The translations under genes were made by a program, and so were the position numbers. From the NCBI GenBank assembly GCA_016208765.1, contig JACQXK010000085.1, forward strand, positions 4,814 to 68,813: a stretch of DNA of 64,000 bases, in the 5' to 3' direction. Origin of the DNA: Candidatus Omnitrophota bacterium. Its GTDB lineage: Bacteria; Omnitrophota; Gorgyraeia; Gygaellales; Profunditerraquicolaceae. This document shows, piece by piece, positions 29,107 through 38,234 of this stretch (positions within the stretch are counted from its first letter, which is position 1; each line of letters begins with the position of its first letter). The notes below the pieces were generated by a model. That model did no database searches and was not told the DNA's origin. It saw only the letters and a list, made by a program, of their open reading frames with translations.

Positions 29107-29564
29107 GTTACGAACATTTGCAGAATTTAAGCCAATGGAGAAAAACACAACACGAAGAACATAACTTGGTAATTACACTTGTTTTGGCCATAAGTATCTT
29201 GGCAATTTTGATGGTTATATTTTTGGATTTAGCACATGCGCAGACATTAACTGCGTCTTGGTATAGCGTTGCATCGTGTAAGAGGGAGGGAACTTGGCAG
29301 AAATACGGAGGGAGGATGGCAAATGGGCAAATATTTAATGATAACGCTCTTACCTGTGCTTCTTGGGATTACAAGTTTGGTACTCGTCTTTTGGTTAAGA
29401 ATATTGACAATGGCAAAAAAGTTGTTGTCATTGTCACAGATAGGGGGCCGAGCAAAAAACTTGCCAAAAAAGGAAGAATCATTGATTTATCCAAAGGGGC
29501 ATTTAGTAAGATTTCTAATCTTAAATCGGGCATTATATCAATTGAAATAGAGGTATTAAGCTGA
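29103..29564 (+). CDS. RlpA-like (DPBB) lytic transglycosylase with N-terminal membrane segment
   Basis: ASWY...MANG..F....LTCA...FGTRLLVKN...VTDRGP...RIIDLSKGAF. Confidence 0.88.
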   Translation: MSYEHLQNLSQWRKTQHEEHNLVITLVLAISILAILMVIFLDLAHAQTLTASWYSVASCKREGTWQKYGGRMANGQIFNDNALTCASWDYKFGTRLLVKNIDNGKKVVVIVTDRGPSKKLAKKGRIIDLSKGAFSKISNLKSGIISIEIEVLS

Positions 29565-29800
29565 TGAATTTTTGGGTTCCGCGGCATAGATATGAGTTAT
29601 TAAACTGGATATTGGGAGTATATCCGCAAGAAAAAAGCAAATTTAAGTGCATGAAAACAAATCAACTTTACGCAATCTATTACAAGTTAAGAAAGGACAA
29701 TATCTCGCTTGTTGGCGGCCATAACGAGGCTGGTGAGCCGGACGCATGGTGCGGCGGTAGGTCTAACGACACGACGCCGCAGATATCTAAATTTATATGA
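29564..29800 (+). CDS. Hypothetical phage protein
   Basis: Translationally coupled at both ends. Confidence 0.55.
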   Translation: MNFWVPRHRYELLNWILGVYPQEKSKFKCMKTNQLYAIYYKLRKDNISLVGGHNEAGEPDAWCGGRSNDTTPQISKFI

Positions 29801-31218
29801 AACCGTTATTTAAGCATCAAAAAGAAGCTTTAGATTTTATCGTTTCAAATAATGGATTTGGGGCATTGTTTCATGAAGTGGGATGCGGGAAAACAAGGAC
29901 TGCTCTTGAGATATTTAGTCATTACAAAAGATTAGATCCTGAGCTTAAACTTTTTGTTATTTGTCCATTGTCCCTTATTAACTCTGCATGGGGAGAGGAC
30001 ATAAAGCAGTTTACCTGTTTTAATTATCGCAATTGTCATGACGAAACGATTGAGCTGCGCAAAGATACTGATATTTATATTATAAACTTTGAATCATTGA
30101 TAAGCGAAAACAAAATCAAACAACTTCATAAGATGATTAATTTCTCGAAAGTAATGTGTGTTATTGACGAATCTTCAAAGATGAAAAACCATAAAGCAAG
30201 GACGACAAAAACCCTGTTGTCACTTAGGAATTACTTCAATTTTCGCATAATTATGTCAGGAACTCCGGCGCCTAACTGCGAGACAGAATACTGGGCCCAG
30301 ATTAATTTTATTAAGCCCGGAATCGTGCATGAGAAGTTTTATCCATTTAGATATTTTTACTTTCATCTTGAGAGAGAGCGTAATGGCAAGCAAGAATTTA
30401 CTTCCGGCCAAATTTACAGCAAGCTTGCGGCGCAACAGATCTTTCAGCGCGGTTGGCATTACGATATAACTACGCAGAAAAGACAGTTGCTTATGGATAA
30501 AATCTCGCCATATTGCCATTATGCGCGCAAGGCTGAGTGTTTGGATTTACCGGAGCAAATGGATGAAGTCAGATTAGTTGATATGGGTAAAAAACAAGCA
30601 TCTGTTTATAACTCCATGAAACGTGACTTAATTGCTGAGATTCAAAATTCTTTTGTAGTGGCGCAAGTAGCTTTGGCAAAAATTATGAAATTGCGGCAGA
30701 TAACTTCCGGGTTTGCGATAGACGAATCCGGAGAAACTATAATTATTGGAGAAAATCCTAAATTACAGGAGCTAAAAGATGTATTGGAGGAGGCAGGAAA
30801 ACAGCAGGTCATTATATGGTGCCAGTTTCAACACGAGATTAGACAGATTAAAGATTTATTGGGAGATAAGGCTGTTACTCTTTACGGTGAAACTAAAGAT
30901 AAAGATGATTCAATTACGGCGTTTAAGAATGGAAGCGCGCAGTACCTTATTGCGCATCCTAAAAGCGCCGGGCACGGATTGACATTTGTGAATTGCAGTT
31001 TACAGGTGTTTTATAGCCTTGATTATTCATGGGAGTTATATGAACAGGCGCGCGGCCGGATCCACAGAGCCGGGCAGGTCAACAAATGCACTTATGTTCA
31101 CTTGCTTTGTAAGGGGACTATTGACGAAGAGATTCTTAATGTCTTGCGTAATAAAAAAGACGCAACGGAGATATTGTATAGGATGGTGCAAGGAAATTTA
31201 GCGGAGGTAGGGAAGTGA
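29797..31218 (+). CDS. SNF2-family helicase
   Basis: GCGKT, IDES, SGTP, GHGLT and QARGRIHRAGQ motifs. Confidence 0.92.
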   Translation: MKPLFKHQKEALDFIVSNNGFGALFHEVGCGKTRTALEIFSHYKRLDPELKLFVICPLSLINSAWGEDIKQFTCFNYRNCHDETIELRKDTDIYIINFESLISENKIKQLHKMINFSKVMCVIDESSKMKNHKARTTKTLLSLRNYFNFRIIMSGTPAPNCETEYWAQINFIKPGIVHEKFYPFRYFYFHLERERNGKQEFTSGQIYSKLAAQQIFQRGWHYDITTQKRQLLMDKISPYCHYARKAECLDLPEQMDEVRLVDMGKKQASVYNSMKRDLIAEIQNSFVVAQVALAKIMKLRQITSGFAIDESGETIIIGENPKLQELKDVLEEAGKQQVIIWCQFQHEIRQIKDLLGDKAVTLYGETKDKDDSITAFKNGSAQYLIAHPKSAGHGLTFVNCSLQVFYSLDYSWELYEQARGRIHRAGQVNKCTYVHLLCKGTIDEEILNVLRNKKDATEILYRMVQGNLAEVGK

Positions 31219-32057
31219 AGGCAGAAAAAGATATAAACACTTTAATTAAATCCACTCAAAACGAAGACGATAATTTTATTTCTTCTCTAGACGAGCATGT
31301 TGAAACAATTTTTAAGGTAGAACCTCCACTTATGCAAATCAAAGAAGGAAAGGGCTTTGGATTTATGGGTGTTATGCTACGCAATACAGTGGAAGATAAA
31401 CTTCAATGCCATATTTGCGGTGTATGGAGAAAAGGTTTAAGTACTCATACTAATCAAGCACATCAGATATCGGCTGATGAATATAGGAAAAAATTTCAAT
31501 TACCATTAACTTTTCCTTTGGTGTCTTTATCTACATCACAAAAACACTCTGATAGGGCAAATACTAAGAAAAACTTAGATCATCTCAATAAAGTGCGGAA
31601 TATTGAAAAACTTAATAATGTTTCCAGAAAAAAAAGACAGCGTTTTATGAGATATGCAAGAAATAATCTCGCTTTTCAAAATCAAAGAGCACTTTGTGAA
31701 GAACAGTTAGAGAGAAGATTTCTAATCGTTGCGGACATAGTCGGGAAAGAACCATCACAAATAGATTTAATTAAATATGATTGTAGTTTATGGGGGGCTA
31801 TCCGAAGACGATTTGGAACAATTAATGAATTTAGAAGAAAAAATAATTATGAAATCAAAAAAAGAGCAAAGGTGTTTAGCGATGAAAAGTTACTTTCTTG
31901 CATAATTAAATTTTACCATCAACATAAAATTATTCCGCGGCCAAGTCATTTTAAAGGCACTAAACCCAATATTGAAACTTTTCGTAATCACTTCGGCTCA
32001 TGGAACCGTGCTTTAAGTCTATGCGGATTTGACAAAATCGCGGAGGTGAAAAGATGA
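31215..32057 (+). CDS. Ros/MucR-like zinc finger plus homing-endonuclease-associated repeats
   Basis: LQCHICG.W...LSTH...AH.ISADEYRKKF; C-terminal RRRFGTINE and RNHFGSWNRAL repeats. Confidence 0.7.
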   Translation: MKAEKDINTLIKSTQNEDDNFISSLDEHVETIFKVEPPLMQIKEGKGFGFMGVMLRNTVEDKLQCHICGVWRKGLSTHTNQAHQISADEYRKKFQLPLTFPLVSLSTSQKHSDRANTKKNLDHLNKVRNIEKLNNVSRKKRQRFMRYARNNLAFQNQRALCEEQLERRFLIVADIVGKEPSQIDLIKYDCSLWGAIRRRFGTINEFRRKNNYEIKKRAKVFSDEKLLSCIIKFYHQHKIIPRPSHFKGTKPNIETFRNHFGSWNRALSLCGFDKIAEVKR

Positions 32058-32221
32058 AGTTGTTTTGTTGGTTTGGGATTCATTTTTATAGATTAGAACA
32101 TAATTTTGGAGGGAATCATTATTGCGAATGCAAATTTTGCCATAAACGCATTGTTGAATCTTCACCCGAAGGAAATCAACATATAAATCATAGATGGATG
32201 AGAGGAGATAGTTGGGTATGA
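32054..32221 (+). CDS. 55-aa Cys/His-rich phage protein (DUF1660-like N-terminus)
   Basis: MKLFCWFGIHFY...CECKFCHK...; GGAGG RBS; ATGA overlaps at both ends; not in the ORF track. Confidence 0.6.
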   Translation: MKLFCWFGIHFYRLEHNFGGNHYCECKFCHKRIVESSPEGNQHINHRWMRGDSWV

Positions 32222-32523
32222 CCGAGACATCACTTAAAAACAATGTCTTAAAGATGATCCGTGATGAATTTCCGGACATTTGGTTCTACAAAACACACGA
32301 TTTATGCACAAGTGGCATTCCAGATATTTTAATGTGTCAAGATGGTCATTTGTGCGCGGTAGAGTTAAAACGCCCCGGATACGACTACACAAAATCTAAG
32401 GGTTGGAAATTACAAAAACACATTATTGATAGGATTAACGCTTGCGGAGGAAAAGCCACAGTATGCACAAGCGTTGATGAAGTAAGAAAATTCTTAAAAA
32501 AGGAGGTGAGGCGCAATGGATGA
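32218..32523 (+). CDS. VRR-NUC nuclease
   Basis: SGIPDI...AVELK...Q PD-(D/E)xK pattern. Confidence 0.85.
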   Translation: MTETSLKNNVLKMIRDEFPDIWFYKTHDLCTSGIPDILMCQDGHLCAVELKRPGYDYTKSKGWKLQKHIIDRINACGGKATVCTSVDEVRKFLKKEVRRNG

Positions 32524-32911
32524 ACGGGAAATGCTCGTCAAATATATTGATGCGCGAGATAAACTAAACAAGTTAAAAGAAGAGCTTACAGAGGCACAGA
32601 AAATATTTGATGAAGAGGAAAGCCGTTTAGTTACCATGCTCATAGACAAAGAGGCTACTTCTACCGCCCGATATGAAGGCGTAGGGTTTGCCACTCTTAC
32701 AAAGCCGAGATTGTTCGCCTCGTATTCTAAGGAATACGAACAAGATGTTTTTCAGTTTGTAGAGAAATCAGGAGAAAGAGAGCTGATGAAAATTTCAATA
32801 CATCCTTCTTTTTTGTCGGGATTTGTGAGCAGGTTAATTGAGGACGGCAAAGTAGTGCCCGAGTTTGTTCGGTATTACATGAAACAGGGCGTAAGATTTT
32901 ACGATAAATAG
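32516..32911 (+). CDS. Hypothetical phage protein with N-terminal coiled coil
   Basis: ORF in the replication/recombination module. Confidence 0.7.
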   Translation: MDEREMLVKYIDARDKLNKLKEELTEAQKIFDEEESRLVTMLIDKEATSTARYEGVGFATLTKPRLFASYSKEYEQDVFQFVEKSGERELMKISIHPSFLSGFVSRLIEDGKVVPEFVRYYMKQGVRFYDK

Positions 32912-32944
32912 AGGCCTTGGAGGCCTAAACAAGGAGGAATACAA

Positions 32945-33658
32945 ATGAAACACAAAAAAGAAATAGTAACAAAAAAAGAAAGTGTATTAATGGCCGCAGC
33001 ACCGGGACGCGGGTTTGAAGAGCCAACGGAAAAAGAGGATTTGTTAATTCCGCGCGCGAAGCTTTTGCAGGCATTATCTCCTGAAGTTGTGGAGAGTCCA
33101 AAGGATTTCCAACCGGGGTTGATTATTAATTCTCTTACAAAAGAAGTGCTTCCGGAGGAAATCGTTCCTATTTTCAAGTTCACAAATTGGATTCGCTTTA
33201 ACCCGCGTAAAAAAGATGATCCAAATTTTGACCCTGCATTTGACCCGGGTGCGATTATTTGGAGAAGCTCAGATCCTTTGGATTCTAAGGTTATCAAGGA
33301 AAGTGAATTTGGCCCGAACGGAGAACGTCCAATCGCTACCAAGTTTATGAATTTCTTTTGTTTATTTCCCGGGCATCCGATACCTGTGATATTGAGTTTC
33401 TCGTCTACTTCGTTTAAGGCAGGGAAAAAGCTTATTACGCTGGCCAAGTTCGCAGGTGGAGACATGTTCAGCCGTAAATATAAGCTAATAGCCAAGCACG
33501 TTAAAAATGATATGGGAGCTTATTACGTTCTTGATGTTGATCCTGCTGGCATGACAGATGAGAGTTACTATAAGGCCGCAGAATCGCTGTATAGCCAGTT
33601 TAAAGAAAAAGCAAAAGACATACAGGTTCACGAAGAAATACAGGAAACAGAAGAGTAA
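32945..33658 (+). CDS. Putative phage ssDNA-binding protein
   Basis: GFE...EDL.IPR.KLLQALSPEV N-terminus, acidic C-terminal tail, position before the primase. Confidence 0.55.
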   Translation: MKHKKEIVTKKESVLMAAAPGRGFEEPTEKEDLLIPRAKLLQALSPEVVESPKDFQPGLIINSLTKEVLPEEIVPIFKFTNWIRFNPRKKDDPNFDPAFDPGAIIWRSSDPLDSKVIKESEFGPNGERPIATKFMNFFCLFPGHPIPVILSFSSTSFKAGKKLITLAKFAGGDMFSRKYKLIAKHVKNDMGAYYVLDVDPAGMTDESYYKAAESLYSQFKEKAKDIQVHEEIQETEE

Positions 33659-33767
33659 TCTCTCCACGCGAAGGATCCCCCTTCAAGAGAGCAGTCAAGG
33701 CGTTCCTGTAAAGAGCCGCCACTTAAACAATTAACCGTAACGTTTTTATATAGATTAAGGAAGAAAC

Positions 33768-36248
33768 ATGAATACTATCTACGAATTTATTACCACGCGC
33801 GGCAAACTTACCGATTTACACAGACAAGAGTTAAAGACAAAAAGAGGTTTCACAGACGAAACGATTGATAAATTCAGGTTTTTCTCTGGCGGTAAATACT
33901 TAATTGATTTGGAGCAGGAGATTATCAATAATTTTGACAAAGAATCACTTGTTTCAATGGGTGTATGTATTGATTCAGGGAAAAGCTTAACTATTACGCC
34001 GATACTTTTAGAAGAGCGCATCATAATTCCCTACCTGAACTCCACAAGAAAAGCTTATTTATTAAGGCCGCATAAGTTAGGATTGTCAGGTGTGCCTGTT
34101 GAAATTTATTGTCCGGATTGGAATATAGCAAACAATATTGTCATGACCGAAGGAGAGTTCAAGGCTGTAGCAAGCGCACAGCTGGGGATCCCGGCTATTG
34201 CCATTCCGGGAATCGGTTCATTTTCAAAAGAGCATTTCCAAAGATTAGTCAAATTTCTTAATGATGCGAAAGTAAGAGATGTTTGTATTGTCTTTGATAA
34301 TGAGATTAAAGATGATCCGCGATTAAGTAATTATAAGGAAAATCCCTCAGATCGCTACGATACGCAGTTTTATGCTCATCTTATGGCACGACAGCTCGAC
34401 AGTGAGGGTTTCCGGGCCCAAGTGGGGACATTGCCTGACTCTTGGCGCGTCCACGGTAAAGCTGATATTGACGGGGCGTTGGCGCAGGGGAAAACCCGGG
34501 ATGATTTAGGAATGGTGATTACTTCTTCTCTCCCGGCAAAAAAATATGTTGAGGGATTGCCAAAAGAAGCGCAGACAGTCATCCGCCGCAAAATGAGCTT
34601 GAAGTATTTTCGCTCACATATACGTAAAGAGTTCGGGAAATATGTGGCCACAAGGCGCAAGGGCAAGACAGAGTGGGATGAAGAGATCTCTAACTTCACC
34701 ATGAAGATAATTGCGACACACGACACATTTGAGGGATTAGTCCGTGAGATACAATTCACTAATGAATTTGGGGATCATTCATCCTTTTATGCAATCAAGC
34801 CCGAGGATATGGGGGGAGCAGAAGGGTTCACAAAGTTTTGTTTTACTCATGGTAGTTTTGTTTGGCGCGGATACAAAGATGACCTGCTTAATATTTGGGA
34901 AGGATTGTTTTTAGAGGACGATGGCAGGCATATCATTGAGCCGGATCATATCGGATGGATTGAGTCAGAGAGTATGTGGGTATTTGGGAATATGGCAATT
35001 GATAAGGACGGAAAAGAGTTGCGGCCTGATAGGAATCACATCTTTTGGCTTGAGAAGAAAGGTATTAAGCCGGTGGCTTTGGGAGTTACATCAGGCAAGA
35101 TGCAGATTTCAGAGGGGATCCCTTATGTATCGTTTTCGCCTTGTGATATTAAAGAAATCCGGACAAAGTTAGCGGATACTATCGGTGACATAGAGGCTGT
35201 GAAATGCCTCGGGTGGGCTTCGGCCATACCTTACTTGGAGGATATATTTGATGCGTACGGTTGCTATCCATTTTTATTTATCACCGGCAGAACTGGCTCA
35301 GGCAAATCAACAATTGCGGAGTGGATCACCTGTTTATTTGGTATTGAAGATGCTGGAAAAAGCATCTCACAAACGACAGTTGTCGCGATCCAAAGGTCGC
35401 TGGGTTATTATTCGAGCTTGCCCGTATTCCTTGATGAGTTTAGGAACACTTCGGATATCACCTACAAAACAGGTTTCCTGCGCAATGTTTACAATCGCCA
35501 ATCTTCCGGCAAGGGGATCAAAGCAAACTTTGGCATTCGGGAGGCGAAAGTTCGCGGTACGATCATTATCGCGGGGGAAGAAACGCCTAACGACAACGCG
35601 ATCCTGAATCGCAGTATATTGGTTGAAATAGTTAAGAAGAACCGTAAGACCAACCACTATGACTGGTTTACCCGTAACAAAGCTAAATTCTCGCATCATA
35701 TACTGGAAATCATTAAGAACAAATCCCGGGACAAAGAACTCTTTATGCGCGTGCTTAGTGAAGCAAAAGATTATCTCACAAAACATGCCGGTGTAGATGA
35801 CCGGACAGCGGTTAATCATGCGGTGTTGTGTGCCGGGCATGCAATTACCTTTGGAGAGAAAGACCTTGATTTCGCGGATATGATTATCCAGGAGGCCCAA
35901 AAGACTAATACCGAGTACCAGAAGGATAACATGATGCATACATTCTTTTCTGATCTACAAGTTATGGCGCATAAGGGGGAGCTTAAAGATAACTATTGGG
36001 CAATTGAGGAAGGTAAGATTTATCTATATTTTGAGGCACTCTATAATGTCTGGTCAGCTGATGCCAGAAAACGCGGGATTGAGCCTTTTAAGCCTTCTTC
36101 GGTGCGCGGATATTTTAAAGAGGAGCCAGGGTTCATAGACATGTCCGCAAGGATGCGTATTAACGGTTACCAGCGCAGATGTATTGTTTTAGATTATGAG
36201 CTTTGCGGTGATCATGTTAAAGAGTTGGTGGAGGTAAAAATTGGATAG
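33768..36248 (+). CDS. Primase-helicase (TOPRIM/DUF3854-like plus P-loop NTPase)
   Basis: VMTEGEFKA, IVFD and KADID TOPRIM residues; GRTGSGKST Walker A; FLDE Walker B. Confidence 0.88.
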   Translation: MNTIYEFITTRGKLTDLHRQELKTKRGFTDETIDKFRFFSGGKYLIDLEQEIINNFDKESLVSMGVCIDSGKSLTITPILLEERIIIPYLNSTRKAYLLRPHKLGLSGVPVEIYCPDWNIANNIVMTEGEFKAVASAQLGIPAIAIPGIGSFSKEHFQRLVKFLNDAKVRDVCIVFDNEIKDDPRLSNYKENPSDRYDTQFYAHLMARQLDSEGFRAQVGTLPDSWRVHGKADIDGALAQGKTRDDLGMVITSSLPAKKYVEGLPKEAQTVIRRKMSLKYFRSHIRKEFGKYVATRRKGKTEWDEEISNFTMKIIATHDTFEGLVREIQFTNEFGDHSSFYAIKPEDMGGAEGFTKFCFTHGSFVWRGYKDDLLNIWEGLFLEDDGRHIIEPDHIGWIESESMWVFGNMAIDKDGKELRPDRNHIFWLEKKGIKPVALGVTSGKMQISEGIPYVSFSPCDIKEIRTKLADTIGDIEAVKCLGWASAIPYLEDIFDAYGCYPFLFITGRTGSGKSTIAEWITCLFGIEDAGKSISQTTVVAIQRSLGYYSSLPVFLDEFRNTSDITYKTGFLRNVYNRQSSGKGIKANFGIREAKVRGTIIIAGEETPNDNAILNRSILVEIVKKNRKTNHYDWFTRNKAKFSHHILEIIKNKSRDKELFMRVLSEAKDYLTKHAGVDDRTAVNHAVLCAGHAITFGEKDLDFADMIIQEAQKTNTEYQKDNMMHTFFSDLQVMAHKGELKDNYWAIEEGKIYLYFEALYNVWSADARKRGIEPFKPSSVRGYFKEEPGFIDMSARMRINGYQRRCIVLDYELCGDHVKELVEVKIG

Positions 36249-36252
36249 ATTT

Positions 36253-36525
36253 TGTGACAGTGTGACAGTTTGTGACAGTGCTCTTTTTTTGAAGTGTCAC
36301 AGCGTAAGTTGTTTAAAGACATATAGTTATGAGGTTTTGTGACAGTGTGACAGCATTTTTGCATTTTTTTACGTACAGGTTATTTTTTGCAGGTTTGAAG
36401 AAACAAGAATTAAACACGTACGTAAACATATAGTTTTGGAAAACACTGTCACAGGTGTCACAAATGACGTAAGTCCTTTATTTTCTAAGTGACAGTGAGG
36501 TGTCACAGTTGTGACAGTGTGACAG
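36253..36525. repeat. Iteron array, probable phage replication origin
   Basis: 12 copies of a GTGACA core (8 forward, 4 reverse) around an AT-rich centre, right after the primase-helicase gene. Confidence 0.8.
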
Positions 36526-36544
36526 TTTAAAACAAGGAGGAAGC

Positions 36545-36850
36545 ATGTTTGAGCATAAAGTAGCGGAAAAGGCAACACAGGACACTCAGTTGTCAGATTT
36601 CGTGGACTTATACAGCAGGTTCACACAAGACGCGCTTAAGGTGTCTGAGATTATTAATCAAAATAGGGCCACAAAACAGGATCGCTTTCGCATGCGGCAA
36701 TTTGAGGCTAAAATAGATGCAGAGTGGCGCAAAATCCCGGAAGTTAAGCGTAGTATGTTGGTAGAGCTTCTTTTGGTCAAGAAACTGCTCCCTGAGGCAG
36801 TAAAGCGGGCAATTCAGGTGTTTGAGGGAAAGGTGGTGAAGGTGGTATGA
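36545..36850 (+). CDS. Hypothetical phage protein
   Basis: AAGGAGG RBS; coupled to the ACP gene. Confidence 0.7.
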   Translation: MFEHKVAEKATQDTQLSDFVDLYSRFTQDALKVSEIINQNRATKQDRFRMRQFEAKIDAEWRKIPEVKRSMLVELLLVKKLLPEAVKRAIQVFEGKVVKVV

Positions 36851-37074
36851 ATATTAATGAGATTATTGCTGATTCATTGTCTATAAATCCAGAAAAGGTA
36901 ACATGCGAATCAAGATTTATAGAAGATCTTGGAGCAGATTCTTTGGACTTAATAGTATTAACCATGAGATTAGAGGAAGAGTTTAACATTAGGATATCTG
37001 ATGAAGAAGCGAGGGATATTCTAAGTGTAAACCAGTTGATAAAGTTTATTGAGGATAAAACAAATGTTCATTGA
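36847..37074 (+). CDS. acpP: Acyl carrier protein
   Basis: FIEDLGADSLD phosphopantetheine motif and LEEEFNIRISDEEA; 75 aa, acidic. Confidence 0.9.
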   Translation: MNINEIIADSLSINPEKVTCESRFIEDLGADSLDLIVLTMRLEEEFNIRISDEEARDILSVNQLIKFIEDKTNVH

Positions 37075-37183
37075 TTCAATGATCCGCGGTATCGGATTTG
37101 GCATAGGATTAATAATTGTTATGGTTCTGTTGGCGGTTTTAGTATATGGAATTGAATTTTTGTTTAGAAAGGAGGCTTTGTGA
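37064..37183 (+). CDS. 39-aa single-TM microprotein
   Basis: MFIDSMIRGIGFGIGLIIVMVLLAVLVYGIEFLFRKEAL; GAGG RBS; overlaps both neighbours. Confidence 0.55.
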   Translation: MFIDSMIRGIGFGIGLIIVMVLLAVLVYGIEFLFRKEAL

Positions 37184-37464
37184 AAGAAATATTGTTAATT
37201 ATATGCTTGCTTATTGGTGGTTGCCAAACAACCCCATTGGTCAATAAAGAATCACCAGTTAAAGAAAAAAAACCCGCAAGAATAGAAACTATCAGAAACG
37301 TTAAACATGAAAAATTTGACGCACAGGAAGACTTTGAAAAAGGATGGAATAAAGGATATCAAGAGGCCCTTAATGACATGGGAGATTTTGATTTAATAAT
37401 GTGGGAAGGACAGGAATATATTACAGTTAAAGCCTTAAAGGTTAAATATGAAAAACTCCAATGA
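37180..37464 (+). CDS. Small putative lipoprotein
   Basis: MKEILLIICLLIGGC lipobox-like; AAGGAGG RBS. Confidence 0.6.
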   Translation: MKEILLIICLLIGGCQTTPLVNKESPVKEKKPARIETIRNVKHEKFDAQEDFEKGWNKGYQEALNDMGDFDLIMWEGQEYITVKALKVKYEKLQ

Positions 37465-37576
37465 TTTATTATTAATAATTTTGCTGTTAATTTGGTTTGC
37501 AATGGGTTTTATCAGTGCAATAGTTTTGTTACCTTGTGAATCTAAGCAATCAAAATGTGAGGCTTGTAATCCATGA
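37448..37576 (+). CDS. 42-aa single-TM microprotein
   Basis: MKNSNDLLLIILLLIWFAMGFISAIVLLPCESKQSKCEACNP; ATGA overlap with the next gene. Confidence 0.5.
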   Translation: MKNSNDLLLIILLLIWFAMGFISAIVLLPCESKQSKCEACNP

Positions 37577-37842
37577 GTTGGATTTTAGTTGCTTTGTCCT
37601 TATTCGGCGTAGTGCTTAATATATATAAAAGAAAGGAGTGTTTCTATATTTGGGGCATAACAAATGCCGGATGGGCCATATATGACTTTATGATAGGCGC
37701 CGTGGCTCAAGGAGCGCTGTTTAGTGTTTACTTTGTGTTGGCTATCTGGGGGATCTGGAAATGGGGTAATGGTAAAGGGTGGATTGAGAAGCTCTGGAAA
37801 CGACATATTTGTGACAAGTATCCTTATGAGGAGGAGATGTGA
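37573..37842 (+). CDS. Short PnuC-like 3-TM membrane protein
   Basis: WILVALSLFGVVLNI.K...F.IW..TN..W...Q..LF.VYF.LAIWGIW.W pattern. Confidence 0.65.
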   Translation: MSWILVALSLFGVVLNIYKRKECFYIWGITNAGWAIYDFMIGAVAQGALFSVYFVLAIWGIWKWGNGKGWIEKLWKRHICDKYPYEEEM

Positions 37843-38079
37843 TGATTTACTTTTTGATTCTAACATTGATTCAACCCGGGCTTAAGATTGTTGGAAATAA
37901 TGATATAAGAATTTTTTTTAGTAAAAACTCCTGAGGACGCTTCTGTTATCGCATGGCAGAATGTCAGAGGATTGCCGGTAGGATTTGATTTGGACGCGAG
38001 ACTATATAAAGTGGATATCAAGGAGATGAAGGTTGTAGAGGAACAGCTTAAAAAAGTTGAGTTTAGGGGGCAGGTATAA
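37842..38079 (+). pseudogene. Hypothetical gene frameshifted at a T8 tract
   Basis: Removing one T from 37912-37919 joins MIYFLILT...IRIF to LVKTPED...RGQV, restoring coupling at both ends. Confidence 0.5.
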
Positions 38080-38234
38080 TGCGCCAGAAAATCATTAAAC
38101 AGCTGCGCAAAGAGATACGCAAGGACTTAGCAAAAGAGCAGGACAGGTTTGAAGAATACCTATGGGGCCTAAATTTCCTCACGCGGGTAAAAATTTTGAT
38201 TAAGATGATGATAAGGCCAAGGAGTGAAAAATGA
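38079..38234 (+). CDS. 51-aa basic hypothetical protein
   Basis: MRQKIIKQLRKEIRKDL...RSEK with TAATG and ATGA overlaps. Confidence 0.55.
   Translation: MRQKIIKQLRKEIRKDLAKEQDRFEEYLWGLNFLTRVKILIKMMIRPRSEK

Noticed and set aside
36253-36525. GTGACA repeats as a CRISPR array
   Set aside because: Units are ~8 bp, in both orientations, without regular spacers, and no cas genes are present.
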